Source: Desulfobacterales bacterium (lineage in GTDB: Bacteria; Desulfobacterota; Desulfobacteria; Desulfobacterales; UBA5852). Taken from it: a stretch of 64,000 nt of DNA. Below are positions 10,516-22,326 of this stretch, piece by piece. The notes under the pieces were generated by a model. The model worked only from the letters and a program-made list of their open reading frames with translations, was not told the DNA's origin and ran no database searches. The stretch's first letter is position 1; every line of letters begins with the position of its first letter. The translations under genes were made by a program, and so were the position numbers. The DNA lies in the NCBI GenBank assembly GCA_963674755.2, contig CAXXVS010000002.1, positions 448,001-512,000 of the forward strand, in the 5' to 3' direction.

Positions 10516-11280
10516 TTAGGTCAGCAGGTGGGATACCGGGACTACGCGGATCGGCGCACCCTCTGTTTCAGAAATAAAAATCCGCAGGGCGTCTGCCGTC
10601 TCGGGATAAGGGTGGCCGATGGCGATGGCCTGACCGTGGGTGAAAGCAAGATTCATCACATCGTAGAGCCGGTTGACGATGTCCCGGGGATGACGCTGGT
10701 TGTCCAGAAAGGCATCCCGGCGTCCGCTGGTCATGTGCAGGCCGCAGGCGGTGTGATAAGCCTTGGAACGGCTTGACGTCAGACTGTCGACGAAAAAAAG
10801 GCCACGATATTTGATCGCCTCCAGGGCGTAGCGGATTTCTTCCCCGTTGGACGTGAAACGGGAACCCATGTGGTTGTTCACACCTGAGGCAAACGGCACG
10901 GCCTGGATATTTTCCGCTACGACGCTTTGGATATGACTGGCCGGATCGCCGACGAACAAAGCGCCGGGGCCTGGGTCCAGCTGCCGGTCAAACGGTTCCA
11001 TGGGCTGGTGGAGAAGGATTTCATGGCCCTTGTCATGAATGGCCTGGGCCAACTCCACCGAATAGGGTAAATGAGGCAGAACGGCAAACGTCAGATCCGC
11101 TGGGATGGACAGAAATGAGGCGGCGCGTCGGGGATTGAAACCGATGTCATCGATAATAACGGCCAGGCGGGCTTCAACGGGACGTCTTCCCATGGCCATG
11201 GCATGGCGAAAAGGGAAGCCTCCGGCGATGCCGGCCAGGGCTAATCCCATGGTTTTAAAAAGAAACGTTCTCCGGTCCAT
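10516..11280 (-). CDS. Divergent polysaccharide deacetylase (YibQ-like) with Tat signal
   Basis: MDRRTFL; IIDDIG, LHQPMEP, GVNNHMGS, FVDSLT, AIGHPYPET. Confidence 0.9.
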   Translation of the reverse strand: MDRRTFLFKTMGLALAGIAGGFPFRHAMAMGRRPVEARLAVIIDDIGFNPRRAASFLSIPADLTFAVLPHLPYSVELAQAIHDKGHEILLHQPMEPFDRQLDPGPGALFVGDPASHIQSVVAENIQAVPFASGVNNHMGSRFTSNGEEIRYALEAIKYRGLFFVDSLTSSRSKAYHTACGLHMTSGRRDAFLDNQRHPRDIVNRLYDVMNLAFTHGQAIAIGHPYPETADALRIFISETEGAPIRVVPVSHLLT

Positions 11281-11533
11281 TTACCATCCAAGTGAATTAA
11301 TGACGTTTCCTGCCCTGTAAAAGAATTTGCTAGCCTCCTATCAAGCCGTAAGGGGATACCAAAATTCTTATACAATCTATTGGGTGTCAGGTCAATAAGG
11401 ATACTATATATGGGGAAAAAATAGTGGCCGGCCGGCGATCTATCGTCCTTGAAACCTGCGAGTTTCTCTGGTAGACGGTCCTGGAGTTTTTATCGCCTTT
11501 TTCTACAGCCGTTTCAAACCGCAAGGAGGCCGT

Positions 11534-12571
11534 ATGTGCCGCGTCGCTGTCGTGGGAGCTACCGGATACGCCGGAGCTGAATTGGTACGTATTCTCCTCG
11601 GTCATCCCGGGGTTACCTTGACCACCGTCACATCGCGCCAGTTTGCCGGCCATTCGTTTACGTCGATTTATCCGGCGCTGACCGGCCTGACCGATCTGGT
11701 TTGCGAAACCTATCAGGCCGATCGTTTGAAAGGGGCGGCGGATGTGGTCTTCCTCGCACTGCCCCACCGTTTACCTATGACACTGGCGCCTGAGCTTGTC
11801 ACGGCCGGGTTGCGGGTGATCGATCTTTCGGCGGATTTTCGCTTCAGTGATGTACGGCGCTACGAAGCAGCGTACCAGCCCCATGCCGCACCGGAACTGC
11901 TGGAGCAGTCGGTTTACGGCTTGAGTGAAGTCTATCCCGACCGCATCCGCGAGGCCCGGCTGGTGGGCAATCCCGGTTGTTATCCGACCTGTGTCCTCTT
12001 GCCCTTGGTACCGTTGGTCAAAAACGGCCTCGTCTCGCCGGCCAACCTGGTGGCCGATGCCAAATCGGGTGTCAGTGGGGCCGGCCGCGGCCTGAGTTTG
12101 GCAGCGCATTTTTGCGAGGTCAGCGAGTCCTTCAAACCCTATAAAGTGAACCAGCATCGCCATAATCCCGAGATGGATGAGATTTTGGGGGCGGCCGCCG
12201 GCTATGAGGTCCACATTACCTTCGTGCCCCACCTGCTGCCCATGAGCCGTGGCATGCTGGCGACATGCTATGCCCAAACCATGCCTGCCGTGGACGCCCG
12301 CCGTATCCGGGAATGTCTGGAAGATAGCTATGACGGTTGCCCTTTTGTCCGGCTGATCGGGGATCAGCAGTTTCCCGACACGCGCCATGTGCGGGGAACC
12401 AATTTCATTGATATCGGCTTCCGTCTCGATGAGAACAGGGGAACCCTGGTTTTGATGTCTGCTATCGACAATCTCGTCAAAGGGGCCGCCGGACAGGCGG
12501 TGCAAAACATGAACCTGATGTTGGGACTTGATGAGCGCCTGGGGCTGATGCCGGTGCCGTATCCCCTATAG
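11534..12571 (+). CDS. argC: N-acetyl-gamma-glutamyl-phosphate reductase
   Basis: GATGYAG, DLSADFR, NPGCYPT, KSGVSGAG, DNLVKGAAGQAVQNMN. Confidence 0.97.
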   Translation: MCRVAVVGATGYAGAELVRILLGHPGVTLTTVTSRQFAGHSFTSIYPALTGLTDLVCETYQADRLKGAADVVFLALPHRLPMTLAPELVTAGLRVIDLSADFRFSDVRRYEAAYQPHAAPELLEQSVYGLSEVYPDRIREARLVGNPGCYPTCVLLPLVPLVKNGLVSPANLVADAKSGVSGAGRGLSLAAHFCEVSESFKPYKVNQHRHNPEMDEILGAAAGYEVHITFVPHLLPMSRGMLATCYAQTMPAVDARRIRECLEDSYDGCPFVRLIGDQQFPDTRHVRGTNFIDIGFRLDENRGTLVLMSAIDNLVKGAAGQAVQNMNLMLGLDERLGLMPVPYPL

Positions 12572-12759
12572 CGCTCACGGGGACTTGCAGGCCCTGTATC
12601 CCATGCCCCTGTCACGGTTGGGATGGAAAATCGACATGTAATGGTTTGAATTCTTGACAAAATTACGTGGATTGCATAGACACTGAAAGCGTTAGCCATC
12701 CATGCCTGCCCTGCGGGGTATCCCAACATTATACCCATACCTTTGAAAGGAGATCGATC

Positions 12760-13668
12760 ATGACAGCCAAGCTGATCAAGGGGACTGAAATCCGAGAGCA
12801 AATTCTCGAGGAAATTACCGCTGAGGTCGCTGAAATTAAAGCAAAGCACGGTGTCGTACCCGGCCTGGTGACGATTCTGGTCGGCGAGAATCCGGCGTCC
12901 ATCTCATACGTCACCCTCAAAATCAAAACGGCACACAGGGTGGGCTTTAAAGAAATTCAGGATTCCCAGCCCCTGGATATCTCCGAAGCGGACCTCTTGG
13001 CCTTGATCGATAAGTACAACAAGGACGACTCCATCCAGGGGATCCTGGTGCAACTGCCGCTTCCCAAGCATGTCGACGAAAAGAAAGTGCTCAATGCCAT
13101 AGATCCGGACAAGGATGTGGATGGTTTCCACCCGGTCAACGTGGGCCGTTTGATGATTGGCGGCGGCGAGGTCAAATTCCCGCCCTGTACGCCGGCCGGT
13201 ATCCAGGAGATGATCGTTCGGGCAGGTGTCGAGACCAAAGGCGCGGAAGTGGTCGTAGTGGGGCGCTCCAATATCGTGGGCAAACCGATTGCCAACATGA
13301 TGCTCCAGAAGGGTCCCGGCGCCAACGCCACCGTAACGGTTGTCCATACGGCTACAAAAGACCTAAAGGCCCATTGCCTGCGTGCCGATATCCTGATTGT
13401 GGCCGCGGGTGTCCCGGATTTGGTTAAACCGGAATGGATCAAGCCCGGGGCCTGTGTCATCGATGTGGGTGTCAATCGCGTGGGCGAGAAGGTCAGCGAA
13501 AAGACCGGCAAGAAGATTGCCATCCTTAAGGGCGACGTAGACTTTGAAGCCGCTAAGGAAATTGCGGGTTATATCACCCCAGTTCCGGGTGGGGTGGGCC
13601 CCATGACGATCACGATGTTGATGAAAAATACATTAAAAAGCTTGAAATTCAAGTTGGGTTTGATGTAA
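12760..13668 (+). CDS. folD: Methylenetetrahydrofolate dehydrogenase/cyclohydrolase
   Basis: ILVQLPLP, KDVDGFHP, PCTPAG, GRSNIVGKP, TPVPGGVGPMT; AAGGAG RBS. Confidence 0.97.
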   Translation: MTAKLIKGTEIREQILEEITAEVAEIKAKHGVVPGLVTILVGENPASISYVTLKIKTAHRVGFKEIQDSQPLDISEADLLALIDKYNKDDSIQGILVQLPLPKHVDEKKVLNAIDPDKDVDGFHPVNVGRLMIGGGEVKFPPCTPAGIQEMIVRAGVETKGAEVVVVGRSNIVGKPIANMMLQKGPGANATVTVVHTATKDLKAHCLRADILIVAAGVPDLVKPEWIKPGACVIDVGVNRVGEKVSEKTGKKIAILKGDVDFEAAKEIAGYITPVPGGVGPMTITMLMKNTLKSLKFKLGLM

Positions 13669-13689
13669 TATGTACTTAAATGATGGATG

Positions 13690-13785
13690 CATAACCACGA
13701 AACGGCAAACCTGCTGAAAAGCGGGGACGCACAACCACGGGTCTAAAGCTTAAAAAGCCAGGACAGCCGGGTCACCGAAGGTTAA
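13690..13785 (+). ncRNA. Cyclic di-GMP-I (GEMM) riboswitch aptamer
   Basis: GGCAAAC-stem with GAAA-like loop-GGGACGCA...GGGTCTAA...GACAGCCGGG..ACCGAA consensus; P1 TAACC/GGTTA. Confidence 0.9.
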
Positions 13786-13792
13786 CCGATTA

Positions 13793-13828
13793 GACGCCTT
13801 CGGGGGCCGTTCCCCCGAAGGCGTTTTT
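13793..13828 (+). terminator. Intrinsic terminator, riboswitch expression platform
   Basis: ACGCCTTCGGGGG / CCCCCGAAGGCGT hairpin followed by a T run. Confidence 0.9.
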
Positions 13829-14067
13829 GTTAGTGCGGAACATGGCATCAAAAGACGAAGCGGTTTAAAGGGGAAGTCCCTAATGACGGAATTCATGGGA
13901 TAATCTCTCTAACGCTATGTTGACAGTTCGGGTCATTTTATAGTACCTAATAAAGATTGTAGATAGCGTCGGAACCATATGCGTGAAGCTGAATTGATGA
14001 GGGCATCCTAAAAAAAAACGAGGCACCAGCGGTTGGCTAACTTCATCCGGAAGGTGGCAGATTGATT

Positions 14068-14994
14068 ATGCGAAACAAGATTACATTTATCCTTCTCAGT
14101 GGTAATGGTTCGCGTATCCGCCAGTTTTCATCCACCAAGGTGGTATTGGCGGCGGGTGCTTTGTTCAGTATCATGATCATGATCGGGGTGGGGTTGTTGG
14201 TTCAGGACTATTTGAACCTGAAACAGACTGCTGGCCAGGTGTCCCAACTCCAGGCCAGGGTTGCGGCCCGCGATGCTGAAATCGTTCACCAGAGTCGCCA
14301 GATTGAGTGTTTTGCCAATGAGATCAACCAGCTCAAATCGAACCTGGTTACCCTGGATTCCTTCGAGAAAAAAATTCGGGTGATTGCGAATCTGGAAAAG
14401 CCCGACAGCGAAGAAAATCTTTTCGGGGTAGGCGGGGCGACGCCGGAAGATCTCGATACGAGTGCGTCTTTGCGACGCGACCAGTCCGGACTGATCCGCT
14501 CCATGCATGATCAGGTCGAACAGCTTGAGAGAGCTTCCTACACTCAGGAAGCCGATTTTTCTTCTCTCCTGGATCAGTTGAACGCGAAAAAGAACTTACT
14601 GGCTTGCACGCCATCCATTCGGCCTGCCAAGGGCTGGATCTCCTCCCATTTTGGATACCGCATTTCTCCTTTTACCGGGCGGCGGGAACTTCATGCCGCC
14701 TATGACATCGCCAATCGCGAAGGTGCCGAAATTGTTGCACCGGCCAATGGTGTGGTGACCTTTACCGGAAAGAAGGGATCTTACGGGAATCTACTGATCA
14801 TTGATCACGGCTATGGGTTGGTCACCCGCTATGGACACCTCAAAAGCATTGAGGTTAAAAAAGGTGCCAAGGTTTCCCGGGGCGACATCGTTGCCAAAAT
14901 GGGGAATACGGGGCGCAGCACGGGACCGCATGTTCATTACGAGGTGCGGCTGAACGGCGTTCCGGTGAACCCGGAGAAATATATCCTGAATTAG
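14068..14994 (+). CDS. M23 family metallo-endopeptidase with N-terminal TM helix and coiled coil
   Basis: HAAYD (HxxxD), TRYGHL, GNTGRSTGPHVHYEV. Confidence 0.93.
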   Translation: MRNKITFILLSGNGSRIRQFSSTKVVLAAGALFSIMIMIGVGLLVQDYLNLKQTAGQVSQLQARVAARDAEIVHQSRQIECFANEINQLKSNLVTLDSFEKKIRVIANLEKPDSEENLFGVGGATPEDLDTSASLRRDQSGLIRSMHDQVEQLERASYTQEADFSSLLDQLNAKKNLLACTPSIRPAKGWISSHFGYRISPFTGRRELHAAYDIANREGAEIVAPANGVVTFTGKKGSYGNLLIIDHGYGLVTRYGHLKSIEVKKGAKVSRGDIVAKMGNTGRSTGPHVHYEVRLNGVPVNPEKYILN

Positions 14995-15386
14995 CGATCC
15001 GTCTCTTGATTATTGAACGGGGCGTGGTCCATGCTGAAGCAGTAGGTTGGGCGGCATGGTGACGCCCCGTGCGTATTTTGGGACCTGCGCCGCGCGCGTG
15101 GTTTTCCGGCCCAGGCTATGGCCGGATAGCGTTTCTCCCTGCCGCTGCCGCTCCTTATCTCCCTTGTTTACGATGAAAAACTGCGGATTTTCCCTCAAGG
15201 ATCAATGTAATTCAGTACGCTTGTCCCGTGCCATTGCGAATGTTGAGCGGCAGCCTTAACATTGAGAGGGTGACAGTTCGCACGCAGACCTCGCCGGTGA
15301 GCGAGTTGACATCCCCCTCGCGGGAGGCGTAATGAAGTGATTATTTACGATGCCGTCCTTTTAGCAGAAAGGAAGCCCTCAAACTC

Positions 15387-17918
15387 ATGTTGGGACAGTT
15401 TCTCACCAAAATTTTCGGCAGTCAAAACGAACGCATTCTTAAAAAGCTGAACCCGCTGGTAGACCAGATCAATCAGCTGGAAGCCGGCATCCAGGGCCTT
15501 GCTGATGATGCCCTAAAAGCGCGCACCGGAGACCTGAAGACGCGCTTAGCCAACGGCGAGCCGCTGGATGATCTGATACCGGAGGCCTTCGCCCTCGTTA
15601 GGGAAGCGTCGGTGCGGGCGCTGGGGATGCGGCATTTCGACTGCCAGTTGATTGGCGGCATGGTTTTGCATTCCGGGAAGATTGCTGAGATGAAGACCGG
15701 CGAGGGCAAAACCCTGGTGGCGACCCTGCCGGCCTACCTCAATGCCTTAACCGGATGCGGTGTCCATGTTATTACCGTGAACGACTACCTGGCAAGCCGC
15801 GATGCCGAATGGATGGGACGGATTTACCGCTTTCTCGGGCTGGAGGTCGACTGCATCGTGCACGGCCTCACCGACGCCGAGCGCAAGGCGGCCTATGGCG
15901 CCGATATCACTTACGGGACCAACAATGAATTCGGTTTTGATTACCTGCGCGATAACATGAAATTCGAGCGGGACCGCCTCGTTCAACGGGAGCTGCATTA
16001 CGCCATCGTGGACGAGGTGGACAGTATCCTGATCGATGAAGCCCGCACCCCTCTGATCATTTCGGGACCGGCGGAAAAGTCGACCCAGCTTTACTACGAG
16101 GTCAATGCTATTATCCCGCGCATGAAAAATGAAGATGATTTCACCATTGACGAAAAAGCCCGCAGTGTCACTCTCACCGAAGAGGGTGTGGCCCATGCCG
16201 AAAGCCTCCTCAAGGTAGACAATCTCTACGATCCGAAAAACATCGATCTATTGCATCATGTCCAACAAGCTTTGAAAGCCCATGCGCTTTTTAAGCTTGA
16301 TGTGGACTACATTGTTAAAAACGGTGAAGTGATCATCGTTGACGAGTTCACCGGGCGCCTGATGCCCGGGCGGCGATACAGTGAAGGCCTGCACCAGGCC
16401 TTGGAAGCCAAAGAAAATGTCAAAATCGAAAATGAAAATCAGACCCTGGCCTCCATCACCTTCCAGAACTATTTCCGCATGTACGACAAACTGGCGGGCA
16501 TGACCGGTACGGCCGACACCGAGGCCGCTGAATTCAAAAAGACCTACGATCTGGACGTGGTGGTCATTCCCACCAACAAACCCATGATTCGCAAGGATTC
16601 CTCGGATGTCATCTACAAAACCCGCAAGGAGAAGTTCGAGGCCGCCTTGGAAGAAATCGTGGACTGTCATGAAAAGGGGCAGCCGGTCCTGGTGGGCACC
16701 ATATCCATCGATGTTTCCGAGAGCTTCAGCAAAAAGCTGAAAAAACGCGGCATCCCGCACACGGTATTAAACGCCAAAAATCACGAAAAGGAAGCCGAAA
16801 TCATCTCCCAGGCCGGCCAGAAGGGGGCGGTGACCATCTCCACCAACATGGCCGGTCGCGGTACCGATATCGTATTGGGGGAGGGGGTTGTCGACCTCGG
16901 AGGATTGCACATCCTCGGTACCGAACGCCATGAAAGCCGTCGTATCGACAATCAGTTGCGGGGGCGCTCCGGGCGCCAGGGCGACCCCGGTTCCAGCCGG
17001 TTTTACCTTGCCCTGGAGGACGACCTGCTGCGCATCTTCGGCGGGGAGCGCATCACGGGCATCATGAACAAGCTCGGGATGGAGGAGGGCGAACCCATCG
17101 AAAATGCCCTGATCACCCGGGCCATCGAGAATGCCCAAGCCAAAGTCGAGGGGCATAACTTTGACATTCGTAAGCAGCTGCTGGAATACGACGATGTCAT
17201 GAACCAACAGCGCGAAGTAATCTACCAGCAGCGCCGCGAAGCCCTGACCGGCGAGAATCTGAAACCGTACATCGAAGCGATCATTGCGGAAATGGCCACA
17301 CAGATGGCCACAGACTGCGCTGACGAGCGTTTGCCTGCCGAAGAGTGGGATTGGAAAACACTGGAGGAGCGCGTTCTCAAGCAGTTCAATGCCCGTCTGC
17401 CCGCCCCCGATAAGGACACGCTGGACGGCTTGAATGCCGACGGGCTGGCCCAGTATATCGAAGACACGGCCCTCGCGGCTTACCAGGAGCGCGAGGAGAC
17501 CATCGGGTCCGAAAATATGCGCACCCTCGAGCGGCACATCATGTTGATGACCGTAGACAACTTGTGGAAGGATCATTTGCTGAGCATGGATCACCTCAAG
17601 GAAGGCATCGGGCTGCGCGGTTATGCCCAGCAGAACCCCCTCATCGTTTACAAAAAAGAGGGGTTTGAGATGTTTCAGGAAATGATTGAACGCATCAAGG
17701 AGGAGGCGGTCGGCATCCTGTATCGCGTTCAACTGGCCGAATCCGAGGAGGTCGAGCAGTTGCAGCGAACGCAGGAACAATCCCTGGTGTTTTCAGGGGG
17801 CGGCGACGGACCGCCGCCCAAGAAAAAACCGATCCGCAACCGTCAGGAAAAAATCGGCCGCAACGCCCCCTGCCCCTGCGGTAGTGGCAAAAAGTACAAG
17901 CATTGCTGTGGGCGCTAA
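15387..17918 (+). CDS. secA: Preprotein translocase ATPase SecA
   Basis: [37 protein letters not shown]-terminal [17 protein letters not shown]. Confidence 0.99.
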   Translation: MLGQFLTKIFGSQNERILKKLNPLVDQINQLEAGIQGLADDALKARTGDLKTRLANGEPLDDLIPEAFALVREASVRALGMRHFDCQLIGGMVLHSGKIAEMKTGEGKTLVATLPAYLNALTGCGVHVITVNDYLASRDAEWMGRIYRFLGLEVDCIVHGLTDAERKAAYGADITYGTNNEFGFDYLRDNMKFERDRLVQRELHYAIVDEVDSILIDEARTPLIISGPAEKSTQLYYEVNAIIPRMKNEDDFTIDEKARSVTLTEEGVAHAESLLKVDNLYDPKNIDLLHHVQQALKAHALFKLDVDYIVKNGEVIIVDEFTGRLMPGRRYSEGLHQALEAKENVKIENENQTLASITFQNYFRMYDKLAGMTGTADTEAAEFKKTYDLDVVVIPTNKPMIRKDSSDVIYKTRKEKFEAALEEIVDCHEKGQPVLVGTISIDVSESFSKKLKKRGIPHTVLNAKNHEKEAEIISQAGQKGAVTISTNMAGRGTDIVLGEGVVDLGGLHILGTERHESRRIDNQLRGRSGRQGDPGSSRFYLALEDDLLRIFGGERITGIMNKLGMEEGEPIENALITRAIENAQAKVEGHNFDIRKQLLEYDDVMNQQREVIYQQRREALTGENLKPYIEAIIAEMATQMATDCADERLPAEEWDWKTLEERVLKQFNARLPAPDKDTLDGLNADGLAQYIEDTALAAYQEREETIGSENMRTLERHIMLMTVDNLWKDHLLSMDHLKEGIGLRGYAQQNPLIVYKKEGFEMFQEMIERIKEEAVGILYRVQLAESEEVEQLQRTQEQSLVFSGGGDGPPPKKKPIRNRQEKIGRNAPCPCGSGKKYKHCCGR

Positions 17919-18183
17919 CCCGTTTCGGCCGGCCTTATGCCGGAACACTGGCTCAACCACCCAGCCTGTTTTCTATGGGGCCTGTAACCGCCTTTTCCCA
18001 GATCAGGATAGTCGCGCCGGGGGCGTTATCCTTTACGAACACCGGTTTTCCCGTTTAAGCGGCAACCCTCAATCATAGACCTTTACAAGATCGGTCGCCG
18101 ATGCTTATCATGAAATTGGTTTATCAAGATCCCACCTACGGGTACAAGATGCCGGAGCGTCATTCTGGAGGTCGTCAGCATCC

Positions 18184-18498
18184 ATGAGTCAGCAGCAGTC
18201 CGATTCCGACATTGCATTATTCCCGAAGCATGCCAGTGAGGTGCGCGAGCCCTCCATGTACCGGGTGATGTTGATTAATGACGATTATACGACCATGGAG
18301 TTCGTCGTGGAGATCCTGGTCAGGGTTTTTCATAAACCTTACGATGAGGCCACGCGCATCATGCTCCATGTTCACCAGAAAGGCGCCGGCCTGTGTGGCA
18401 TCTATACGTTTGAAGTGGCCGAGAGCAAGGTCCAGACGGTTCACACTTTGGCCCGCGAGAATGGGTTCCCGCTAAAATGTACCATGGAAAAGGAATGA
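18184..18498 (+). CDS. clpS: Clp protease adaptor ClpS
   Basis: YRVMLINDDYTTMEFVV, MLHVH..G. Confidence 0.97.
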   Translation: MSQQQSDSDIALFPKHASEVREPSMYRVMLINDDYTTMEFVVEILVRVFHKPYDEATRIMLHVHQKGAGLCGIYTFEVAESKVQTVHTLARENGFPLKCTMEKE

Positions 18499-18501
18499 GC
18501 C

Positions 18502-20742
18502 ATGATCAGTAAGGAACTCAGCGCAACACTTGGGTTGGCAGTCAAGGAAGCCAAGAAGCGACGACACGAATATGTGAGTACGGAACACATCCTGTTTGCA
18601 ATCCTTTTCGATCATACCGGCATTCAAATCATCGAAGGCTGCGGTGGGGTCGTGGAGGAACTGAAGCGCGATCTGGAAAAATTCTTCGAGGAGCGTGTGG
18701 AAAGCATCCCCGAGGGCCAGGAATATGTCCTCCAACAAACCCTGGGGTTTCAGCGGGTCATCCAACGGGCCGTCAATCATGCCCGCTCGGCGGAAAAATC
18801 GGAAGTCAATGTCAGCGATATCATGGCCTCCATTTTTTTGGAAAAAGACTCCTTTGCCGAGTACTTTTTGACCTCCCAGGGCCTGACGCGTCTCGATGTG
18901 CTGAGCTACATTTCCCACGAGGCGGAAGTGGACCCCTTCCAGCCGGACCGCTCGGATCCCGGTAAAATGACGGATGCCAAAGAAAAGAAAGACGCCGCCA
19001 ACCCGCTGGAAGCCTATACCGTCGATCTGGTGGAAAAGGCCGCCGAAGGCATGCTGGATCCCCTGATCGGCCGGGAGATGGAATTGGAGCGCACCCTGCA
19101 GGTGCTCTGTCGACGTCGCAAAAACAACCCTGTCTTCGTGGGGGATCCCGGTGTCGGTAAGACCGCCATTGCCGAGGGATTGGCCCAGCGCATTCATGCC
19201 GAGGAGGTGCCGGATCTGCTGAGCAAGGTTCGGATCTATGCTCTCGATCTGGGCGGGCTGCTGGCGGGTACCAAATATCGGGGGGATTTTGAAAAGCGTC
19301 TCAAGGGCGTCATCAACGAGCTCAAAAAACGGACGGATGCGATTCTTTTCATCGACGAAATTCACACCATCGTGGGTGCCGGTGCCACCAGCGGCGGATC
19401 CATGGATGCCTCCAACATTCTCAAGCCCGTTCTGACCTCGGGCGAACTGCGCTGCATCGGGTCGAGCACCTACGAGGAATACAAAAATCACTTCGAGAAA
19501 GATCGCGCGCTGTCGCGCCGGTTTGAGAAGATCGAAATCGCGGAGCCCAGTGTCCCCCAAACCGTCAAGATTTTAAAAGGGCTCAAAAGCCGCTACGAGG
19601 AGCATCACGGTATTGTCTACACCGACACCGCCCTCAAGGCCGCAGCGGAATTGTCGGCCAAATATGTCAACGATCGGTTTCTGCCGGACAAGGCCATCGA
19701 CGTCATCGACGAAGCAGGCGCCTTTGTGCGGTTGAGCGGATCGTCCCGGCGCACCAAGATCAACCCGTCGGATATTGAGAAAATCGTAGCCAAAATGGCC
19801 AAGATCCCGCCCCAGAGCGTATCGACTTCCGACAAGGTCAAACTGGAGCAGTTGGAGTCCCACCTGAAAGAGGTGGTTTTCGGACAGGACGCGGCCCTCT
19901 CGTCCCTGGCCACGTCCATCAAACGGTCCCGGGCGGGGCTGGGCACCCCGGGCAAACCGGTGGGCTCTTTCTTGTTTACCGGGCCCACCGGGGTGGGCAA
20001 GACCGAGGTGGCGCTGCAGCTGGCACGGCTGCTGGATGTGGAATTCCTGCGCTTCGACATGAGCGAATACATGGAAAAACATGCCGTTGCGCGGATGATC
20101 GGCGCACCTCCGGGCTATGTGGGATTCGACCAGGGGGGGCTGCTGACCGACGGGATCCGCAAGCATCCCCACAGCGTTCTTTTAATGGATGAAATCGAAA
20201 AGGCCCACCCGGACATCTACAATATCCTGCTGCAGGTCATGGATCATGCGACCCTGACCGACAACAACGGCAAAAAAGCCGATTTCCGCAATGTCATCCT
20301 GATCATGACCTCCAATGCCGGAACACGGGAAATGGGGACCGCCACCATCGGCTTCGGTGACAAGACCAAGGACACCCAGTCCAAGGGCCAGAAAGCCATT
20401 GAACGCTATTTCAGCCCGGAATTCCGCAACCGTCTTGACGGCACGATTCTCTTCCATGCCCTTACCGTTGAAATCATGGAGCAGATCGTGGACAAGTTCA
20501 TCAATGAGCTAAACGAACAAATGGCCGGCAAAAGAGTTTACATCAACATTTCGGATGCCGTTCGCAACTGGTTGGCCCGGGAAGGTTACGATCCCAGCTA
20601 TGGTGCCCGGCCCCTGGGACGTGTGATTCAGAAAGAGATCAAAGACCGTCTGGCGGATGAGATTCTTTTCGGCAAATTGGTCAAAGGCGGGGTCATCTTT
20701 GTGGACCGCAACGACAAGGAGCTGACCTTCAAAGTCGAATAA
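18502..20742 (+). CDS. clpA: ATP-dependent Clp protease ATP-binding subunit ClpA
   Basis: [30 protein letters not shown] loop; no ClpB middle domain; follows clpS. Confidence 0.97.
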   Translation: MISKELSATLGLAVKEAKKRRHEYVSTEHILFAILFDHTGIQIIEGCGGVVEELKRDLEKFFEERVESIPEGQEYVLQQTLGFQRVIQRAVNHARSAEKSEVNVSDIMASIFLEKDSFAEYFLTSQGLTRLDVLSYISHEAEVDPFQPDRSDPGKMTDAKEKKDAANPLEAYTVDLVEKAAEGMLDPLIGREMELERTLQVLCRRRKNNPVFVGDPGVGKTAIAEGLAQRIHAEEVPDLLSKVRIYALDLGGLLAGTKYRGDFEKRLKGVINELKKRTDAILFIDEIHTIVGAGATSGGSMDASNILKPVLTSGELRCIGSSTYEEYKNHFEKDRALSRRFEKIEIAEPSVPQTVKILKGLKSRYEEHHGIVYTDTALKAAAELSAKYVNDRFLPDKAIDVIDEAGAFVRLSGSSRRTKINPSDIEKIVAKMAKIPPQSVSTSDKVKLEQLESHLKEVVFGQDAALSSLATSIKRSRAGLGTPGKPVGSFLFTGPTGVGKTEVALQLARLLDVEFLRFDMSEYMEKHAVARMIGAPPGYVGFDQGGLLTDGIRKHPHSVLLMDEIEKAHPDIYNILLQVMDHATLTDNNGKKADFRNVILIMTSNAGTREMGTATIGFGDKTKDTQSKGQKAIERYFSPEFRNRLDGTILFHALTVEIMEQIVDKFINELNEQMAGKRVYINISDAVRNWLAREGYDPSYGARPLGRVIQKEIKDRLADEILFGKLVKGGVIFVDRNDKELTFKVE

Positions 20743-20884
20743 TTCCCAGAGACGGGCGGCAACCGCGAAGATTCTGGGATTTCCCAGGCCGGGCAACACG
20801 ATGTGTTGACCCGGCCCGGCTGTCTCTGACACCTAACTTGGTCGCAACTTTCCCAATCGAGAGGATTGACGCGATCCGGCACCT

Positions 20885-21604
20885 ATGCCTGTCTTCCGAT
20901 TATCCAGCAACCTGACCTTTCCACCGCCCCACTTGGCGATCGCTGAGGGCCTTTTGGCGGTAGGGGGGGATTTAAGCGTTGAGAGGCTTGTACTGGCCTA
21001 TAGCCAGGGGATCTTCCCCTGGTACGCGGAAGAAGATCCCATCCTCTGGTGGTCGCCCGATCCCCGTCTCGTTCTTTATCCCGCCGAGCTGCATGTTTCC
21101 CGCTCATTGCGCAAAGTCTTGCGGCAGCAGACATTTGAGGTTACGCTGGATCAGGCCTTCAGTAGGGTTATCCGGGCCTGTGCCGGAAATCGGGGGCCGG
21201 ACCACCCGGGCACCTGGATCGTGCCGGAAATGATGGCGGCTTACGAGGCCCTGCATGCCGCCGGGCTGGCCCATTCGGTGGAAGCCTGGCAGGGGGATAT
21301 GCTGGCAGGCGGCCTGTACGGCGTCTCACTGGGGGGCGTTTTTTTCGGCGAGTCCATGTTCACCCGTGTCAGCAATGCATCCAAAGTGGCGCTGGTCCGG
21401 CTGGTGGCGGGCCTGCGGCGAGCCGGTTTTCGCCTGATCGATTGTCAGGTGACCACGGCACACCTGATGCGTTTGGGGGCCCGGGAGATTTCCCGCACCC
21501 GCTTTATGAATGAATTGCAGCGGGGCCTGAAAAGCGCCACCCGCCAGGGCGTGTGGCGCCTTTCAGATAGAGAGGGGATTGCCGCCGAAGCGCAACCCGG
21601 TTGA
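20885..21604 (+). CDS. aat: Leucyl/phenylalanyl-tRNA--protein transferase
   Basis: GLLAVGGDL, GIFPW, WWSPDPR, FFGESMF, IDCQ. Confidence 0.97.
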   Translation: MPVFRLSSNLTFPPPHLAIAEGLLAVGGDLSVERLVLAYSQGIFPWYAEEDPILWWSPDPRLVLYPAELHVSRSLRKVLRQQTFEVTLDQAFSRVIRACAGNRGPDHPGTWIVPEMMAAYEALHAAGLAHSVEAWQGDMLAGGLYGVSLGGVFFGESMFTRVSNASKVALVRLVAGLRRAGFRLIDCQVTTAHLMRLGAREISRTRFMNELQRGLKSATRQGVWRLSDREGIAAEAQPG

Positions 21605-21624
21605 CGTCTTGGCGCGCTCCCGAT

Positions 21625-22326
21625 CTAGGCGAAAACCAAGCGGGTATCGGTTTTGCGACAGGCGGCCACGGCCCGGCAGAAGGCGATTACTTTGTTGATA
21701 TCCTTGCGGCCGGGCGTGCTCTCCACCCCCGAGCTGACATCGACGGCATCCGGGTTTGCGTCCGCGATGGCCTGGCGGATATTGTCCGGCGTCAAACCGC
21801 CGGCCAGGACCACCGGCTGTTCGCCGGAAAGCCGGCGGGCATCGGACCAGTCCCACTGCATGGCGTTGCCCCCCGGCAGGCGACCGCCGGCGCATTCGAC
21901 CAGGAAGGCGGACGCCGGGTAGCGGAGTGCCTGATCGAGACTCGGACGGACGTTGACAAACAAGGCCTTGATGACGATCAGACCTTCCGCGCCTAAGGCG
22001 CCGACCAGGGCGGGGGCTTCCTGGCCATGGAGCTGCACGGCCCGCAAACCGCCCACATCCACCACTTCCATAATTCTCGCGAAGGGTTCGTTGACGAAGA
22101 CCCCTACCGGGCAGACGCTCTCCGGCAGGGCCGCTGTAATCGCGCGGATCTTGCGGTCGTCAACGTGGCGGGGGCTTTTGGGAAAGGAGACGATGCCGAT
22201 GGCGTCCGCTCCGGCCCGGGCGCAGGCCTCAGCCTCGCGGGGAGACGTGAGGCCGCAGATTTTGATCTGGGCTCTGTGTGGCGGGCGTTCCATTTCCATG
22301 GGGCGGCCTTCCTTTACCGCGGTCAT
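21625..22326 (-). CDS. trpF: Phosphoribosylanthranilate isomerase
   Basis: IKICGLT, VQLHGQE, LAGGLTPDN, DVSSGVE; ATGA overlap with trpC. Confidence 0.95.
   Translation of the reverse strand: MTAVKEGRPMEMERPPHRAQIKICGLTSPREAEACARAGADAIGIVSFPKSPRHVDDRKIRAITAALPESVCPVGVFVNEPFARIMEVVDVGGLRAVQLHGQEAPALVGALGAEGLIVIKALFVNVRPSLDQALRYPASAFLVECAGGRLPGGNAMQWDWSDARRLSGEQPVVLAGGLTPDNIRQAIADANPDAVDVSSGVESTPGRKDINKVIAFCRAVAACRKTDTRLVFA

Noticed and set aside
12600..12759. Possible ZTP or THF riboswitch upstream of folD
   Set aside because: No consensus elements found; only a TTGACA promoter-like hexamer.
18184..21604. clpS-clpA-aat cluster as a novel system
   Set aside because: Well-known N-degron pathway arrangement.
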